Notes: a model not told the origin generated them from the letters alone. A stretch of 64,000 bases of DNA from an uncultured Thiotrichales bacterium (GCA_964620675.1 CAZUJU010000009.1:13943-77942); one strand, 5' to 3'. Positions 9,336-21,293 are shown, numbered from the stretch's first letter. Program-made: numbers and translations.

Positions 9336-12033
9336 CCGGTTCGAGGACTTCGACGAGTTTTTGCTTGAGTTGTAACTGTTGCGACTGCGTCAGCGGCTCG
9401 CCGTCGCTGTTGGCGACGTGGAGGATATCCTGGGCTTGCTCGCTGACGGTGGCGATCCGTGCCATGCGGATCCTCACGCCGGACTCATGGAGCACCGCAG
9501 CGATATCGGCGAGCAGGCCGGGGCGATCGGCCGCGGTGAGGTCGAGCACGGTGTAAGCTTTGTTCGGTGCGGTCGCAAAGCGGATCTCGACCGGGGTGTG
9601 AAAGGATTTGAGTTTGAACGGTATGAGGTGACGCTGATGCGGCACCACGGCGTTCTCTGGGTTGGTTACCAAGGCTTCGAGCCGCTCGCGGATCTCAGCG
9701 ATGCGGAAGTCGTCCGTGCAAACCGTGCCGTTGGTGTCGAGCACCGAGAAGGTATCGAGCGCCATCCGGTCGCGCGTGGTGTAGATCCGGGCATCGATGA
9801 TGTTGAGCCCGAGCTGCTCCATACTGCGGGTCGCGAGGCTGAAAATACGCGGATGGGCCTTGGCGTAAATCGCGATCTCGGTGACGCCGCGGTGCGAACA
9901 CGGGATGATATCGATCGGTCCCCGATCATCGCGTACCTGACCGAGCACGAGGCGGGTGTGCCAGGCCGCCGTGGTGGCGTCGTGGCGGCGAAAATACTCG
10001 GTGTGAAACTGCTCCCAAGCCTTCAGCACCGACATCTCGTCGATCGAATCCTGGGCGAGAAGACGTAACGCCTCCATCCGGGTTTCCTGGATCTGCTGGT
10101 CCTCCAACTCCCCTTGACTGCGATGCTTGGACTCGTATTCGAGCCACTGCCGGGTCCGCCGGAACAACTCCGCTAGCAGGCTCGAACGCCAGTCGTTCCA
10201 GAGGTCCGGATTGGTGCCGCGAATGTCGCTGACGGTGAGGAGATACAGATAGGTCAGCCGGTCGACATCGCCGACCTCGGCCGCGAACTCACGAATGACG
10301 TCGGGGTCGCTGATGTCCTTGCGCTGCGCGATCAGCGACATCAACAGGTGCTTCGCCACCAGCCATTCGACCAGCGCCGAATCCTCGGCGCTCAGGTTGT
10401 GGCGCAAGCAGAACTCGCGCGCATCGACCGCGCCCAATTCCGAGTGGTCACCGTTGCGGCCCTTGCCGATATCGTGAAACAGCGCGGCAAGGTAGAGCAC
10501 TTCGGGGCGCTGGATGCGCTGGTAGATTTTGCTGCATTCGGGCAACTCGTGGCGGTGTTTGGCGACCCCGAGGCGGCGCACGTAGCTCACCACGGTCAAA
10601 ATATGTTCGTCGACGGTGTAGATGTGGAACAGATCGAACTGCATGCGTCCGGTGACGTGCTCGAAGATCGGCAGATAGGCGCCGAGCACCCCGTAGTTGC
10701 TCATGCGCTTGAGTTCGTGAAACACCCCGCGCGGCTGGCGCAGGATTTCCATGAACAAGGCGCGGCAGATCGTATCGTTGCGAAAGTCCTCGTCGATACG
10801 GAACAGATTCTTGCGGATCAGCCGGATCGTGCTCGCGCGCACTCCGCGTGCCTCGGGCATTTGTTCGAGCAGCAGAAACACCTCAAGTAGCGAAGGCGGC
10901 GAGATCTCGAAGACCTCCGGCGTGCGCGCTTCGATATACCCCCGCCGTAACTGAAAGCGACGGTTGATCGGCGTGATCTGTTCATCCTCGCCGGCAAACA
11001 GGATTTCCTCCTCGAAATACTGGAGCAGCATCTCGATCAGGCGCTCAAGCCGCATTACGGTGCGGAAATACCCCTGCATGAAGCGTTCGACCCCGAGATT
11101 ACCGGCCGCGTCGGTATAGCCGAACTGTTGTGCCAGGGTTCGCTGGAAATCGAACAACAAACGGTCTTCCTTGCGCCCGGACAGATTGTGCAGCGCGTAG
11201 CGGATGCGCCAAAGGAAATTGCGGCCTTCGCAGAGGGTCTCGTACTCGTGGGCGGTGATGACGCCGAGGTCGATCAGCTCGCGCGGATTGTCGATGTCGA
11301 AGTGGCGGCGGGCGATCCAGCCGATCAGCTGGATGTCGCGCAGTCCGCCCGGACTTTCCTTGAGATTGGGTTCGAGCCGGTAGGCGGTTTCGCCAAAGCG
11401 TTCGTAGCGGCGTTTTTGCTCCTGCAGCTTGGCTTGCAGAAAAGTTCGGCTGGGCCAGAATTCTGGCGCGCGGATCGCGGTAACGAAGCGCGCGACCAGT
11501 GTTTCGGTACCGGCGAGATGGCGCGCTTCGATCAGATTGGTCGCGATCGTCAAATCGTGGTTGGCGGCGTCGAGACATTCATCGAGCGTTCGCACGCTGT
11601 GCCCGATGTTGAGCCCCATGTCCCACAGGAAGCTGACGAAGTAACCGATCGCTTCCGGTAGTTCGGAGTTGGCCTCGTGTTCGACCAGGATCAGGATGTC
11701 GACATCGGAGGCCGGATGCAGTTCGGCGCGGCCATAGCCGCCGACCGCGAGCAGTGCGGTGTTGGACGCATCGGCGAGACCGCATACCGTCCAGGCGCGC
11801 TGCAGGAGAATATCGACGCCGCAGGTGAGATCGCGCAGCAGATCGCCGATAAAGGCGCCTTCGGCAAACGCGGCGTCGAGTTGGCGGCGTAACGATTTGA
11901 GTGCATCGGCATAGTTGCGCGGGATTGCGCCCAGCGTCTCGACCCGCTGGCGCCAATCGCCGATATCGAGCATCGGGACAGGATCGCGGCAGATCGGGTC
12001 CGATTTGATCATGGTGGGTTCCGCTGCGTTCAA
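9328..12033 (-). CDS. glnD: Bifunctional [protein-PII] uridylyltransferase/uridylyl-removing enzyme
   Basis: 901-aa protein with a nucleotidyltransferase domain, an HD domain (FHDIGKG) and C-terminal ACT domains. Lies next to map, as in E. coli. Confidence 0.9.
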   Translation of the reverse strand: MNAAEPTMIKSDPICRDPVPMLDIGDWRQRVETLGAIPRNYADALKSLRRQLDAAFAEGAFIGDLLRDLTCGVDILLQRAWTVCGLADASNTALLAVGGYGRAELHPASDVDILILVEHEANSELPEAIGYFVSFLWDMGLNIGHSVRTLDECLDAANHDLTIATNLIEARHLAGTETLVARFVTAIRAPEFWPSRTFLQAKLQEQKRRYERFGETAYRLEPNLKESPGGLRDIQLIGWIARRHFDIDNPRELIDLGVITAHEYETLCEGRNFLWRIRYALHNLSGRKEDRLLFDFQRTLAQQFGYTDAAGNLGVERFMQGYFRTVMRLERLIEMLLQYFEEEILFAGEDEQITPINRRFQLRRGYIEARTPEVFEISPPSLLEVFLLLEQMPEARGVRASTIRLIRKNLFRIDEDFRNDTICRALFMEILRQPRGVFHELKRMSNYGVLGAYLPIFEHVTGRMQFDLFHIYTVDEHILTVVSYVRRLGVAKHRHELPECSKIYQRIQRPEVLYLAALFHDIGKGRNGDHSELGAVDAREFCLRHNLSAEDSALVEWLVAKHLLMSLIAQRKDISDPDVIREFAAEVGDVDRLTYLYLLTVSDIRGTNPDLWNDWRSSLLAELFRRTRQWLEYESKHRSQGELEDQQIQETRMEALRLLAQDSIDEMSVLKAWEQFHTEYFRRHDATTAAWHTRLVLGQVRDDRGPIDIIPCSHRGVTEIAIYAKAHPRIFSLATRSMEQLGLNIIDARIYTTRDRMALDTFSVLDTNGTVCTDDFRIAEIRERLEALVTNPENAVVPHQRHLIPFKLKSFHTPVEIRFATAPNKAYTVLDLTAADRPGLLADIAAVLHESGVRIRMARIATVSEQAQDILHVANSDGEPLTQSQQLQLKQKLVEVLEPVK

Positions 12034-12797
12034 ATCACTTCATCGTGTCGCGCGGTGAGCACCTCGTAGCCATGCTCGGTGACCAGCACGGTGTGTTCCC
12101 ATTGCGCCGATAGGCTGTGATCTTTGGTCACTACGGTCCAGCCGTCCGGCAACAGTTTGGTATGGGCCCTGCCGGCATTGATCATCGGCTCGATGGTGAA
12201 GGTCATCCCCGGCACCAGCTCCATCCCGGTGCCTTGTTTGCCGTAGTGCAATACCTGCGGATCCTCGTGGAAGCCGCGGCCGATGCCGTGTCCGCAGTAC
12301 TCCCGCACCACCGAGAAGCGGTTGCCTTCGGCGTAGCTTTGAATGGCGTATCCGATATCGCCGAGTCGGGCCCCGGGGCGTACCGTCTTGATGCCGCGGA
12401 TCATCGCCTCGCGCGCGGCTTCGACCAGGCGCCGCGCGAGGACACCGGCTTGCCCAACATAGAACATTTTGCTGGTGTCGCCGTGGTATCCGTCCTTGAT
12501 CACGGTGATGTCGATATTGACGATATCGCCGTCCTTGAGCCTTTTGTCACTCGGTATGCCGTGACAGATTTGATGATTGACCGAGGTGCAGATCGAGCGC
12601 GGAAACCCGCGGTAGTTGAGCGGCGCCGGTACCGCGTGTTGCACTTCGACGATATACCGGTGGCAGATATCGTTCAGCTCGTCGGTGGTCACACCGGCTT
12701 TGACGTGAGGCTCGATCATTTCCAGAACCTCGGCGGCAAGCCGCCCGGCGACCCGCATCTTCTCGATTTCATCGGGGGTCTTGATCGAAACGCTCAT
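12030..12797 (-). CDS. map: Type I methionine aminopeptidase; start at MSVSIKTPDEIEKMR
   Basis: Classic Map sequence with the metal-binding residues, and the map-glnD synteny. Confidence 0.9.
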   Translation of the reverse strand: MSVSIKTPDEIEKMRVAGRLAAEVLEMIEPHVKAGVTTDELNDICHRYIVEVQHAVPAPLNYRGFPRSICTSVNHQICHGIPSDKRLKDGDIVNIDITVIKDGYHGDTSKMFYVGQAGVLARRLVEAAREAMIRGIKTVRPGARLGDIGYAIQSYAEGNRFSVVREYCGHGIGRGFHEDPQVLHYGKQGTGMELVPGMTFTIEPMINAGRAHTKLLPDGWTVVTKDHSLSAQWEHTVLVTEHGYEVLTARHDEVI

Positions 12798-12897
12798 GGC
12801 TCGGGCAGGATTGAACATAATCGCGAGAGACTGACAGGATCATCGAAAAAGGTCAAAAACCCGTGGTACGAAACCGTGGGTTTCGGCGCCATGGGGA

Positions 12898-14529
12898 TCA
12901 GTCGCACGGGGCGTTGACGCGTGGCCGCAGGCCGCGCTGCAACACGCTGCCGACGCCTTCAAGCGCGGGGTCGGGCTCGGGATAGTCGCGGGTGAAATGG
13001 AGTCCGCGGCTTTCCTTGCGCAGGGTTGCCGCTTGAATGATCAGGTCGGCGACCTCGGCGAGGTTGCGCAGTTCGATCAGGTCGGGCGTGATGCGAAAGT
13101 TGGAATAGAACTCATGGATCTCTGCATTGAGCAGATCGACGCGGTGCTTGGCGCGTTCAAGACGCTTTTTGGTCCGTACGATACCGACGTAGTCCCACAT
13201 GAAGCGTCTTAACTCATCCCAATTGTGAGTCACCACCACGTGCTCATCGGAATCGGTGACCCGACTTTCGTCCCACTCCGGGATCGGCCCAAGGTAGGTC
13301 GTCTCGGCCGATCGCCGCAGCATGTCGTGCGCCGCCGCGCGACCGAATACCAAGCATTCAAGTAGGGAGTTGCTGGCGAGGCGATTGGCGCCGTGCAGAC
13401 CTGTGTAGGCGACTTCGCCCGCGGCGTAGAGGTTGGGTAGATCGGTGCGCGCCCGCAGATCGGTGACGACGCCGCCGCAGGTGTAGTGCGCGGCGGGTAC
13501 GATTGGCAGGGGTTCGCGCGTCAAGTCGAAGCCAAATTCGAGGCAGCGTGAATAAATGTTGGGGAAGTGCGCGCGGATGAATTCGGCGGGTTTGTGGCTG
13601 ATGTCGAGGTACAGGCAATCCGCGCCGAGGCGTTTCATTTCGTGGTCGATCGCGCGGGCAACGATATCGCGTGGCGCTAGTTCCTGGCGCGGATCGAAGC
13701 GGTGCATGAAACGTTCACCGTCCGGCAACTTGAGGTGCGCGCCTTCGCCACGCAGCGCCTCGGTGATCAGGAACGACTTGGCCTGCGGGTGATATAGGCA
13801 GGTCGGGTGAAACTGCACGAACTCCATGTTGGCGATGCGGCAGCCTTTGCGCCAGGCGATCGCGATCCCGTCGCCGGTCGAGCCGTCCGGGTTGCTGGTA
13901 TAGAGGTAAACCTTGCTGCAACCGCCCGTCGCGAGTAGGGCGAAGCGGGCGCGAAATACCTGCACGTGGCCGGACTCGGCATTCAGGATATAGGCACCGA
14001 CGCACCGCGCGCTACCTTCGTGATAGGCGGTGATGAGGTCAACCGCGATATGGGATTCGAACAGTTGGATATTCGGCTGCGCGCGGGCCTGTTCCAGCAG
14101 GACTTCCTCAAGCGCGCGACCGGTCGAGTCTTCGACATGGGCCACTCGGCGCTGGCTGTGGCCGCCCTCGCGCGTGAGATGCATGCCGGATTCGAGGCCG
14201 TCGCGGGTGAAAGGCATCCCTAGGTCGCTCAGCCATTCGATCACTTCCCGCCCCTGAGCGGCGGTGAATCGCACCACCGCTTCGTCGCATAGGCCAGCGC
14301 CTGCAATCAGCGTATCGGCGACGTGAGCATCAACGCTGTCCTGCTGGGATAACACTGCGGAGATCCCGCCTTGCGCCCAGTAAGTGCTCCCCCCAGCGAG
14401 GCGAACCTTGCTGAGTACCGCCACCGTGAAGTGTGGGCTGAGTTGCAAAGCGGCACTGAGGCCTGCGGCGCCGCTGCCTATTATGAGAACGTCAAAACAG
14501 AAATCTTGTAGCGCGGATTTCGAGTGCTT
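12898..14529 (-). CDS. nadB: L-aspartate oxidase; start at MKHSKSALQ...
   Basis: FAD-binding GSGAAG motif and fumarate-reductase/succinate-dehydrogenase flavoprotein-like domains. Divergent from rpoE, as in enterics. Confidence 0.9.
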   Translation of the reverse strand, partial: KHSKSALQDFCFDVLIIGSGAAGLSAALQLSPHFTVAVLSKVRLAGGSTYWAQGGISAVLSQQDSVDAHVADTLIAGAGLCDEAVVRFTAAQGREVIEWLSDLGMPFTRDGLESGMHLTREGGHSQRRVAHVEDSTGRALEEVLLEQARAQPNIQLFESHIAVDLITAYHEGSARCVGAYILNAESGHVQVFRARFALLATGGCSKVYLYTSNPDGSTGDGIAIAWRKGCRIANMEFVQFHPTCLYHPQAKSFLITEALRGEGAHLKLPDGERFMHRFDPRQELAPRDIVARAIDHEMKRLGADCLYLDISHKPAEFIRAHFPNIYSRCLEFGFDLTREPLPIVPAAHYTCGGVVTDLRARTDLPNLYAAGEVAYTGLHGANRLASNSLLECLVFGRAAAHDMLRRSAETTYLGPIPEWDESRVTDSDEHVVVTHNWDELRRFMWDYVGIVRTKKRLERAKHRVDLLNAEIHEFYSNFRITPDLIELRNLAEVADLIIQAATLRKESRGLHFTRDYPEPDPALEGVGSVLQRGLRPRVNAPCD

Positions 14530-14639
14530 CATTGCATCGGCCTTTTTGACATAATCGTCTGACAGGAGGAGTCGACGGGTGCGATGGACGGTACTCGCGG
14601 CCCTGAACAAAGACAATACATAACAAGACGAGGACAACC

Positions 14640-15236
14640 GTGAAAATAGGCTCGCCAGCGAGAGCTTCGGCAACGGACGCTGAACTGGTCAAGCTCACTC
14701 AAAGGGGAGATAACGCGTCGTTCGACTTGCTGGTGCAAAAGTACCAAAACAAGCTCCTCCATCTGGTGTCGCGTTACGTCAAAGATCCGGATACCGCGCT
14801 GGATGTCGTCCAGGATACCTTTATCAAAGCCTACCGTGGTCTTGCCACGTTTCGCGGCGATTGCGCGTTTTATACCTGGATCTACCGCATCGCGATCAAC
14901 ACCGCCAAGAATCACCTGGTATCTGAGGGACGCCGGCAACCCGAGGTTGAACTCGATGCGCCCGATACCGAGATCTATCATGCCGACGCGCAGCAGTTGC
15001 GAGATGACGCTACCCCGGAACGAGTGCTGCTGACCGAGGAAATCAAGCTCAAGATTCACGCGGTGATCGAATCGCTACCGGAAGATCTCAAGATGGCAAT
15101 CATTCTGCGCGAGCTGGAGGGTTTGAGCTACGAGGAAATTGCCGAAACGATGAGCTGCCCGATCGGTACCGTTCGTTCGCGTATATTTCGCGCTCGTGAG
15201 GCAATCGACCGCGTACTGGAGCCGCTATTGAACTAA
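14640..15236 (+). CDS. rpoE: ECF sigma factor sigma-E/AlgU; GTG start
   Basis: Sigma-70 region 2 and 4 motifs ([31 protein letters not shown]). GAGGA ribosome-binding site 5 nt upstream of the GTG. Confidence 0.9.
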   Translation: MKIGSPARASATDAELVKLTQRGDNASFDLLVQKYQNKLLHLVSRYVKDPDTALDVVQDTFIKAYRGLATFRGDCAFYTWIYRIAINTAKNHLVSEGRRQPEVELDAPDTEIYHADAQQLRDDATPERVLLTEEIKLKIHAVIESLPEDLKMAIILRELEGLSYEEIAETMSCPIGTVRSRIFRAREAIDRVLEPLLN

Positions 15237-15297
15237 TCTCACGTTACAATGCCTTATTAGCATACTTAATCGAGACATTAGGTCAGTGTGAAAGGGC

Positions 15298-15918
15298 ATG
15301 AAGCATACCCAGACTGAAACGCTTTCGGCCGCGATAGACGGTGAACTAACGCCGTTCGAGACTCGGCAAATCGTGCGCGACACTTTACGCGATCCAAAGC
15401 TCGCGGCCAAATGGTCGCGTTACCATCTGATCGGTGACGCGATGCGCGGCGAATTGCCGACCAATTACGAAAGCGAGCTTGCCAAGCGCATCTCCCGACG
15501 GCTTGCGCTCGAAGGTGATAACCCGCGTCCGGCGACCGTGTCAGGAGATAGTTCGTGGGCGCGAACACTCGGCGGATTGGCCATCGCGGCGTCGGTTGCG
15601 GCGGTTTCGCTGTTGTCGTTGAAGCTCCTGACGAGCAACAATAACTATACTCCGGGTGCGGTGGAAACGGCCGGCGTCGCGCTGCAGGCGCCGTCGGCCG
15701 CGCGGCCCGGTACGCCCACCATCGCGGGGATCGAGGTGCAACCGGTTAGTACGATTGGCGCATCGCAAGGGGCTGCCGGAAACGATGCCGTCGGTGCTGC
15801 GCCGACATTACGCGATCCTCGACTCAATAGCTTCCTGGCGACACACGCCGAATTCGCGGCACGGTCAGGTCTGATGGCTCGCGCGCGAATCGTCGGTTTT
15901 GACTCGCCGCAAGAGTAA
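15298..15918 (+). CDS. rseA: Anti-sigma-E factor RseA/MucA
   Basis: N-terminal anti-sigma domain (LSAAIDGEL, WSRYHLIGDAMRGE), a single TM segment and a periplasmic tail. Lies immediately downstream of rpoE. Confidence 0.75.
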   Translation: MKHTQTETLSAAIDGELTPFETRQIVRDTLRDPKLAAKWSRYHLIGDAMRGELPTNYESELAKRISRRLALEGDNPRPATVSGDSSWARTLGGLAIAASVAAVSLLSLKLLTSNNNYTPGAVETAGVALQAPSAARPGTPTIAGIEVQPVSTIGASQGAAGNDAVGAAPTLRDPRLNSFLATHAEFAARSGLMARARIVGFDSPQE

Positions 15919-16072
15919 CGCGCCGCATCGATCGCGCTAATGGAACCGATCTGAACAACGTCCGGCGGAGTGGCGCGCCGGGGTGCGGCAAAGTTCGCGA
16001 CTTATAACAACAACGAGGGCTTGCGTCGGGCATAGAGGCGCATGCTCGAGACCAGGAATCGAGACACACCCT

Positions 16073-17047
16073 ATGACTCCACGAATCGTTGCGGCATTTC
16101 TGCTGGTTTCGCTGTTCCAGGTGGCGCAGGCAAAAGATCCGACACCCCGTCAGCTCTTGGAAAAAATGCTGGCCGCCGAGCAATTTCTCAACTTCGAAGG
16201 AACGTTCGTCTATATTGCGGGTCCAAAGGTCGAGACGCTTCAGGTCGTACACAGTTTCGATAAAAACGGCGAACGTGAACGTCTGACCTCAATCGCCGGT
16301 TCGAGCGAAGAACTGGTGCGCGATGACAAGCGGATGCTGTGGGTGTCGCCGGCGCGGAAAGTGGTCTTGATCGAGTCGCTGCAAAACCGGGGTTCGGCGC
16401 GCGGCGCCATCCCCGATCCATTTCGCGAACCTGATGGACACTATGAACTGTTACTCGGCGGGACTGAGCGGGTGGCGGATCACCTTTGTCAGTCGGTCTC
16501 GATCTTTCCCAAGGATCAATTCCGTTATGGGTTCAGGCTATGCATCGAGGTTGAGAGCAGCCTACTGCTTAAGGCCCAGACCGTCGACAAGGCTGGCCAA
16601 CCCCGGGAGCAAATGATGTTTACGAGCATCCGCTTACCCGAGTCGATCGCGACCGAGCGGCTTCAGACTGCGGTGCCAAAAGACGATTTTGCGGTCTTGC
16701 AGGCGCGCGATCAGCCGGCCGGCAAGGCCAGCATCGCGATCGACCCGAGCTGGACGATAACCGATTTGCCGCCCGGCTTTCTCCTCACGCAGAACGTGAT
16801 GCGGCATATCGCGAGCAGCGCCTTGCCGGTCCAACACATCGTGCTGGATGACGGACTCGCGACCTTGTCAGTGTTTATTTCCAAATCGGTCCCGGGGGAG
16901 CCTTATGCTGAAGGGGTTCTGCAATCCGGGGCGCTCAGCGCGTTTTCCCGCAAGATCGACGACCACGTCGTGACTGTGATCGGAGAGGTGCCGGCGCTGA
17001 CCGCAGAAAAGGTCGGAATCGCAGTCGCCTACAAGCGTCCGAACTGA
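16073..17047 (+). CDS. rseB: Sigma-E regulatory protein RseB/MucB; start at MTPRIVAAFLLVSLFQVAQA (signal peptide)
   Basis: MucB/RseB-family features, a signal peptide and its position after rseA. Confidence 0.8.
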   Translation: MTPRIVAAFLLVSLFQVAQAKDPTPRQLLEKMLAAEQFLNFEGTFVYIAGPKVETLQVVHSFDKNGERERLTSIAGSSEELVRDDKRMLWVSPARKVVLIESLQNRGSARGAIPDPFREPDGHYELLLGGTERVADHLCQSVSIFPKDQFRYGFRLCIEVESSLLLKAQTVDKAGQPREQMMFTSIRLPESIATERLQTAVPKDDFAVLQARDQPAGKASIAIDPSWTITDLPPGFLLTQNVMRHIASSALPVQHIVLDDGLATLSVFISKSVPGEPYAEGVLQSGALSAFSRKIDDHVVTVIGEVPALTAEKVGIAVAYKRPN

Positions 17048-17170
17048 AGGGCTGCGAAAACCGATTCGCGTTCCGTTCCAACGATCAAGCCGTTACGGGG
17101 TTCGGTCCGGTGCGAAGCGCGCACGGCGACTGGATTCCGCTATGATTGGGGTTCCTAATGCAGCGCGAGA

Positions 17171-17695
17171 GTGGATCGAACCAGGATGATTGTGGAACAG
17201 GGGGTCGTGATCGCGACCGATGCCGAACTCGCCTGGGTTGAAATGCGACGCCAGCGCACCTGCGGCGGGTGCAAGGAGCAACAGGGCTGCGGCATCTCAG
17301 CGATCGATCGCTGGCTCGGCGAACGCGCTACGGTGTTGCAGGCACGCAATGCGGTTGGCGCGGCGGCCGGTGATCGAGTCGCGGTCGGACTTGGCGAAGG
17401 TGCCTTGCTGCGCGGGGCGGGGTTGGTTTACATCACACCCATTCTGGCGTTGCTTGTGATGGCCGGGGTGGTTCAGCTTTGGGCACCCGCAGCGAGTGAG
17501 TGGCCGGTGGTGTTGGCTGGGGCTTTGGGGTTCGTGGTCGCGTTGTTCTGGGTACGGCGGGTCGCGGTTGGCCAAGGTCGGCGCGACGACTGGCAACCGG
17601 TGGTCGTGGAGCGATTGGGGCGCGACGGCGAAGGCGACGAGATCCCGGTGCGTAATCAGCAAACGACGGTCGCCCGGCTTCGCTTTCGTCGGTAG
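17171..17695 (+). CDS. rseC: RseC/MucC family (SoxR-reducing-system-like) membrane protein
   Basis: CxxC pair (CGGCKEQQGCG) followed by two TM helices, in the fourth position of the rpoE operon. Confidence 0.7.
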   Translation: MDRTRMIVEQGVVIATDAELAWVEMRRQRTCGGCKEQQGCGISAIDRWLGERATVLQARNAVGAAAGDRVAVGLGEGALLRGAGLVYITPILALLVMAGVVQLWAPAASEWPVVLAGALGFVVALFWVRRVAVGQGRRDDWQPVVVERLGRDGEGDEIPVRNQQTTVARLRFRR

Positions 17696-17795
17696 AGAAT
17701 ATGCAGCCGGTCGCCCGTTCGGCGGTTATTGGCCTTTTCCGAAGGCACTTGCCATAATTGCGCGCTCGTTTTTCCCCACCGCTCCGGAAGCCGTC

Positions 17796-19256
17796 ATGTC
17801 ATTTCGCTCTCGTCGCCCCTTTTTGCGTCTCTCGCCTTGGCCCTGGCTTCTGGCGCTCATGCTCTCCGCCCCGGTCCACGCGGTGCTACCGGATTTTACC
17901 GGGTTAGTCGAAAAGCACAGTCCGGCCGTGGTCAATATCAGCACGACGGGTAAAGCGATCGCTACTGCGGCGCTGCCCGATATCTTCCGCATTCCTGATA
18001 TGCCAAAGGATGAAGGTCTGCAGGAGTTCTTGCGGCGGTTTATGGAGCGCTATCAAGGGGAAGGGCGCGGCGAAGGCGAGGGCGGCGGCGAGCGGGAAGA
18101 GGGGCCGGATACGAGTTCACTTGGTTCCGGTTTCGTCTTTTCGAAGGACGGCTACATCATCACCAATCACCACGTGATCGCTAACGCGGACGAAATCGTG
18201 GTGCGTTTGAGCGACCGGCGCGAGTTCACCGCAACCGTGATCGGTAGCGATCCCCGTAGCGATATCGCGCTGATCAAAATCGAGGCCAGCGATCTTCCGG
18301 TGTTACCGATTGGCAGCGCGGAGAAGCTCAAGGTTGGCGAGTGGGTGCTCGCGATCGGCTCTCCGTTTGGCTTCGAGCACACGGTCACAGCCGGTATCGT
18401 CAGCGCGAAAGGGCGGTCGTTGCCTTCAGAGCAATACGTCCCGTTCCTTCAGACCGACGTCGCAATCAATCCCGGGAACTCCGGTGGACCTCTCTTTAAC
18501 ATGCAAGGTGAAGTGATCGGCGTAAACGCGCAGATATACAGTGAAACCGGCGGTTTTATGGGATTGTCCTTCGCGATTCCGATTGAGGTGGCTATCGACG
18601 TCGCAGCGCAAATTAAATCCAAGGGAAGAGTCGATCGGGGCTGGCTCGGTGTCTACATTCAGGAGGTGACCCGCGAGCTTGCGGAGTCGTTCGGATTATC
18701 GAAACCCGCCGGCGCCTTGGTCGCGCAGGTGTTGCCGAACAGTCCTTCCGAAAAAGCGGGTATCCGGGTCGGGGATGTTTTGCTGAGTGTGGATGGTAAA
18801 TCGGTGCGCCGATCGGCGGATCTGCCACCGATTGTCGGTCGTTATACGATCGGCTCGAAGGCCAAACTCAAATTGCTGCGCGACGGCAAAGAGATTGAGA
18901 TTGTCGCGACGATCGAGCAGTTGCCGGAGGAAGATGAATTGCAGGTCGGGCGTACGCCGCGTGGTAACGAGGCGCCACACAGTACGCTCGGCTTAGTCCT
19001 CACGCCGTTAAGCAAGGAACAAGAGGAGAAGCTCAAGCTGAGCGAGGGCCTGGTGGTCAAGGAGGTTTTCAAAGGACCTGCGATGAAGGCCGGCGTGCGG
19101 GCAGGTGATATCTTAATATCGATCAATAATCAGCGGGTGACCACGCAGGAGGCCTTGGCGAAGCTACTCGAAAACCTGCCCCAGGATCGGCCGGTGCCGC
19201 TCTTGATCCACCGTGAAGGCAGCCCGGTCTTTCTCGCGCTGAAGTTGGGCGAATGA
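17796..19256 (+). CDS. degP: Periplasmic serine endoprotease DegP/MucD (Do family); start at MSFRSRRPF
   Basis: Signal peptide, trypsin-like domain with the GNSGGPL active site, two PDZ domains, and the algU-mucABCD-type context. Confidence 0.9.
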   Translation: MSFRSRRPFLRLSPWPWLLALMLSAPVHAVLPDFTGLVEKHSPAVVNISTTGKAIATAALPDIFRIPDMPKDEGLQEFLRRFMERYQGEGRGEGEGGGEREEGPDTSSLGSGFVFSKDGYIITNHHVIANADEIVVRLSDRREFTATVIGSDPRSDIALIKIEASDLPVLPIGSAEKLKVGEWVLAIGSPFGFEHTVTAGIVSAKGRSLPSEQYVPFLQTDVAINPGNSGGPLFNMQGEVIGVNAQIYSETGGFMGLSFAIPIEVAIDVAAQIKSKGRVDRGWLGVYIQEVTRELAESFGLSKPAGALVAQVLPNSPSEKAGIRVGDVLLSVDGKSVRRSADLPPIVGRYTIGSKAKLKLLRDGKEIEIVATIEQLPEEDELQVGRTPRGNEAPHSTLGLVLTPLSKEQEEKLKLSEGLVVKEVFKGPAMKAGVRAGDILISINNQRVTTQEALAKLLENLPQDRPVPLLIHREGSPVFLALKLGE

Positions 19257-19498
19257 GTACGGCTACGCTGACGGTTTATTCGCGTGGTGGTTGTCATCTC
19301 TGCGAAGCCTTGCTGGACGAGCTCGCGTTGCTTCGCACCCAACTTGATTTCAGGGTCGAGGTTGTCGATATCGACACGAGCAGCGCGTTGCGTCAGCGCT
19401 TCAACGCGGATGTTCCGGTGTTGACGTATGCCGATCGCATCATTTGTCGCCATTTTCTCGATCCGGAGCAAGTGCGGGGGGCACTGGCGCATGCCTGA
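19253..19498 (+). CDS. Glutaredoxin-like protein (DUF836-type) with a CxxC motif
   Basis: 81 aa, with GGCHLCE as a thioredoxin-fold CxxC. Overlaps the mucD stop (ATGA) and the lepA start. Confidence 0.6.
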   Translation: MSTATLTVYSRGGCHLCEALLDELALLRTQLDFRVEVVDIDTSSALRQRFNADVPVLTYADRIICRHFLDPEQVRGALAHA

Positions 19499-21293
19499 TA
19501 CGATCAAGCACATCCGTAACTTTTCGATCATTGCACATATCGACCATGGCAAATCAACGCTGGCCGATCGATTGATTCAGCTTTGCGGCGGGCTCTCGGA
19601 GCGTGAGATGGAGAATCAGGTGCTCGATTCGATGGATCTCGAGCGCGAACGCGGCATTACCATCAAGGCACAAAGTGTGTCGCTGAACTATCGCGCCCGT
19701 GACGGGGAGACCTATCAGCTGAACATTATCGACACCCCGGGGCATGTCGATTTTTCCTACGAGGTGTCGCGTTCGCTTGCGGCCTGCGAGGGTGCTCTAC
19801 TGGTGGTCGACGCCTCCCAGGGGGTCGAGGCTCAGAGCGTCGCGAACTGTTATACGGCAATCGATCAAGGTCTCGAAGTCGTACCCGTGTTAAACAAGAT
19901 CGACCTGCCTGCGGCTGATCCTGAAAGTGTCAAGAAGGAGATCGAAGACATTATCGGGATTGATGCCCACGATGCCTTGAACGTGAGTGCGAAGACCGGT
20001 TTCGGCGTGGATGAACTGCTCGAGTCGCTGGTCAAACGCATTCCTCCCCCGCAGGGTTCGCCAGCCGCGCCTTTGCAAGCGCTCCTGGTCGACTCCTGGT
20101 TCGATAATTACCTCGGCGTGGTGTCGCTGGTGCGGATTGTCAACGGGGTGCTGCGTCCGAAACAGAAGATGCTGGTCATGTCGACCGGACGCGCCTACCA
20201 GGTTGATCGGGTCGGCATCTTTACCCCGAAGCCGTCGGATCGCGAGCAGCTCTCCACCGGTGAGGTCGGATACGTGATCTCGGGCATCAAGGATATCGAC
20301 GCGGCACGCGTCGGCGATACCTTTACCGCGGTGGAAAACCCGGCGGCCAGCGCCTTGCCGGGTTTCAAGGAGGTTCAGCCGCGGGTGTTCGCGGGCCTCT
20401 ACCCGGTGGAGTCGGACGCTTACGAAGCCTTGCGCGACGCGCTGCAGAAACTGCGCCTGAACGATTCGGCGCTCTACTACGAGCCCGAGACCTCGCAAGC
20501 GCTCGGTTTCGGATTTCGGTGCGGTTTTCTCGGCACCCTGCACATGGAGATCGTGCAGGAGCGCCTGGAGCGGGAGTACAACCTCGACCTGATCACGACC
20601 GCGCCAACGGTGGTCTACGAGGTCGTAACCGCGAAGGACGAACATTTCCAGATCCACAATCCGTCGCAGTTGCCGCCGGTCAATCAGGTCAAGGAGATTC
20701 TCGAACCGATCATTCAGGCGAACATCCTGGTACCGCAGGAGTATCTCGGTGACGTGATCGCGCTGTGCATCGAGAAGCGTGGGGTACAGAACAAGATGCT
20801 GTATCTCGGGCGCCAGATTGCACTCGGTTACGAATTGCCGCTGAGTGAAGTGGTGCTCGATTTCTTCGATCGCCTCAAGTCGGTGAGCCGTGGGTACGCT
20901 TCGTTCGATTACAGCTTCGCGCGATTCCAGGCCGCGCCGCTGGTGAAGCTGGATATCCTGATCAACGGCGACAAGGTCGATGCGCTTTCATTGATCGTCC
21001 ATCAAGGCGCGTCGCAATCGCGCGGACGCGATCTCACCGAGCGGATGAAAGACATCATCCCGCGTCAAATGTTCGAAGTTGCGATACAAGCAGCGATCGG
21101 CAACCATGTTATCGCGCGTTCGACGGTCAAGGCACTGCGTAAGAATGTATTGGCCAAGTGTTATGGGGGCGACGTTTCGCGTAAGCGCAAGTTGCTGGAG
21201 AAGCAGAAGGCGGGAAAAAAGCGGATGAAAAAGGTGGGCAAGATCGAGATTCCTCAGGAAGCGTTTTTGGCCGTGCTGCAGGTGGAGAAATAG
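19491..21293 (+). CDS. lepA: Elongation factor 4
   Basis: GTPase G1 motif ([10 protein letters not shown]) and the LepA-specific C-terminal domain; about 600 aa. Confidence 0.95.
   Translation: MPDTIKHIRNFSIIAHIDHGKSTLADRLIQLCGGLSEREMENQVLDSMDLERERGITIKAQSVSLNYRARDGETYQLNIIDTPGHVDFSYEVSRSLAACEGALLVVDASQGVEAQSVANCYTAIDQGLEVVPVLNKIDLPAADPESVKKEIEDIIGIDAHDALNVSAKTGFGVDELLESLVKRIPPPQGSPAAPLQALLVDSWFDNYLGVVSLVRIVNGVLRPKQKMLVMSTGRAYQVDRVGIFTPKPSDREQLSTGEVGYVISGIKDIDAARVGDTFTAVENPAASALPGFKEVQPRVFAGLYPVESDAYEALRDALQKLRLNDSALYYEPETSQALGFGFRCGFLGTLHMEIVQERLEREYNLDLITTAPTVVYEVVTAKDEHFQIHNPSQLPPVNQVKEILEPIIQANILVPQEYLGDVIALCIEKRGVQNKMLYLGRQIALGYELPLSEVVLDFFDRLKSVSRGYASFDYSFARFQAAPLVKLDILINGDKVDALSLIVHQGASQSRGRDLTERMKDIIPRQMFEVAIQAAIGNHVIARSTVKALRKNVLAKCYGGDVSRKRKLLEKQKAGKKRMKKVGKIEIPQEAFLAVLQVEK

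Noticed and set aside
14601-14635. Candidate sigma-E autoregulatory promoter (GAACAA ... ) upstream of rpoE
   Set aside because: The -35-like GAACAA has no acceptable TCTGA/TCAAA -10 at 16-17 nt spacing. Left as unassigned promoter region.
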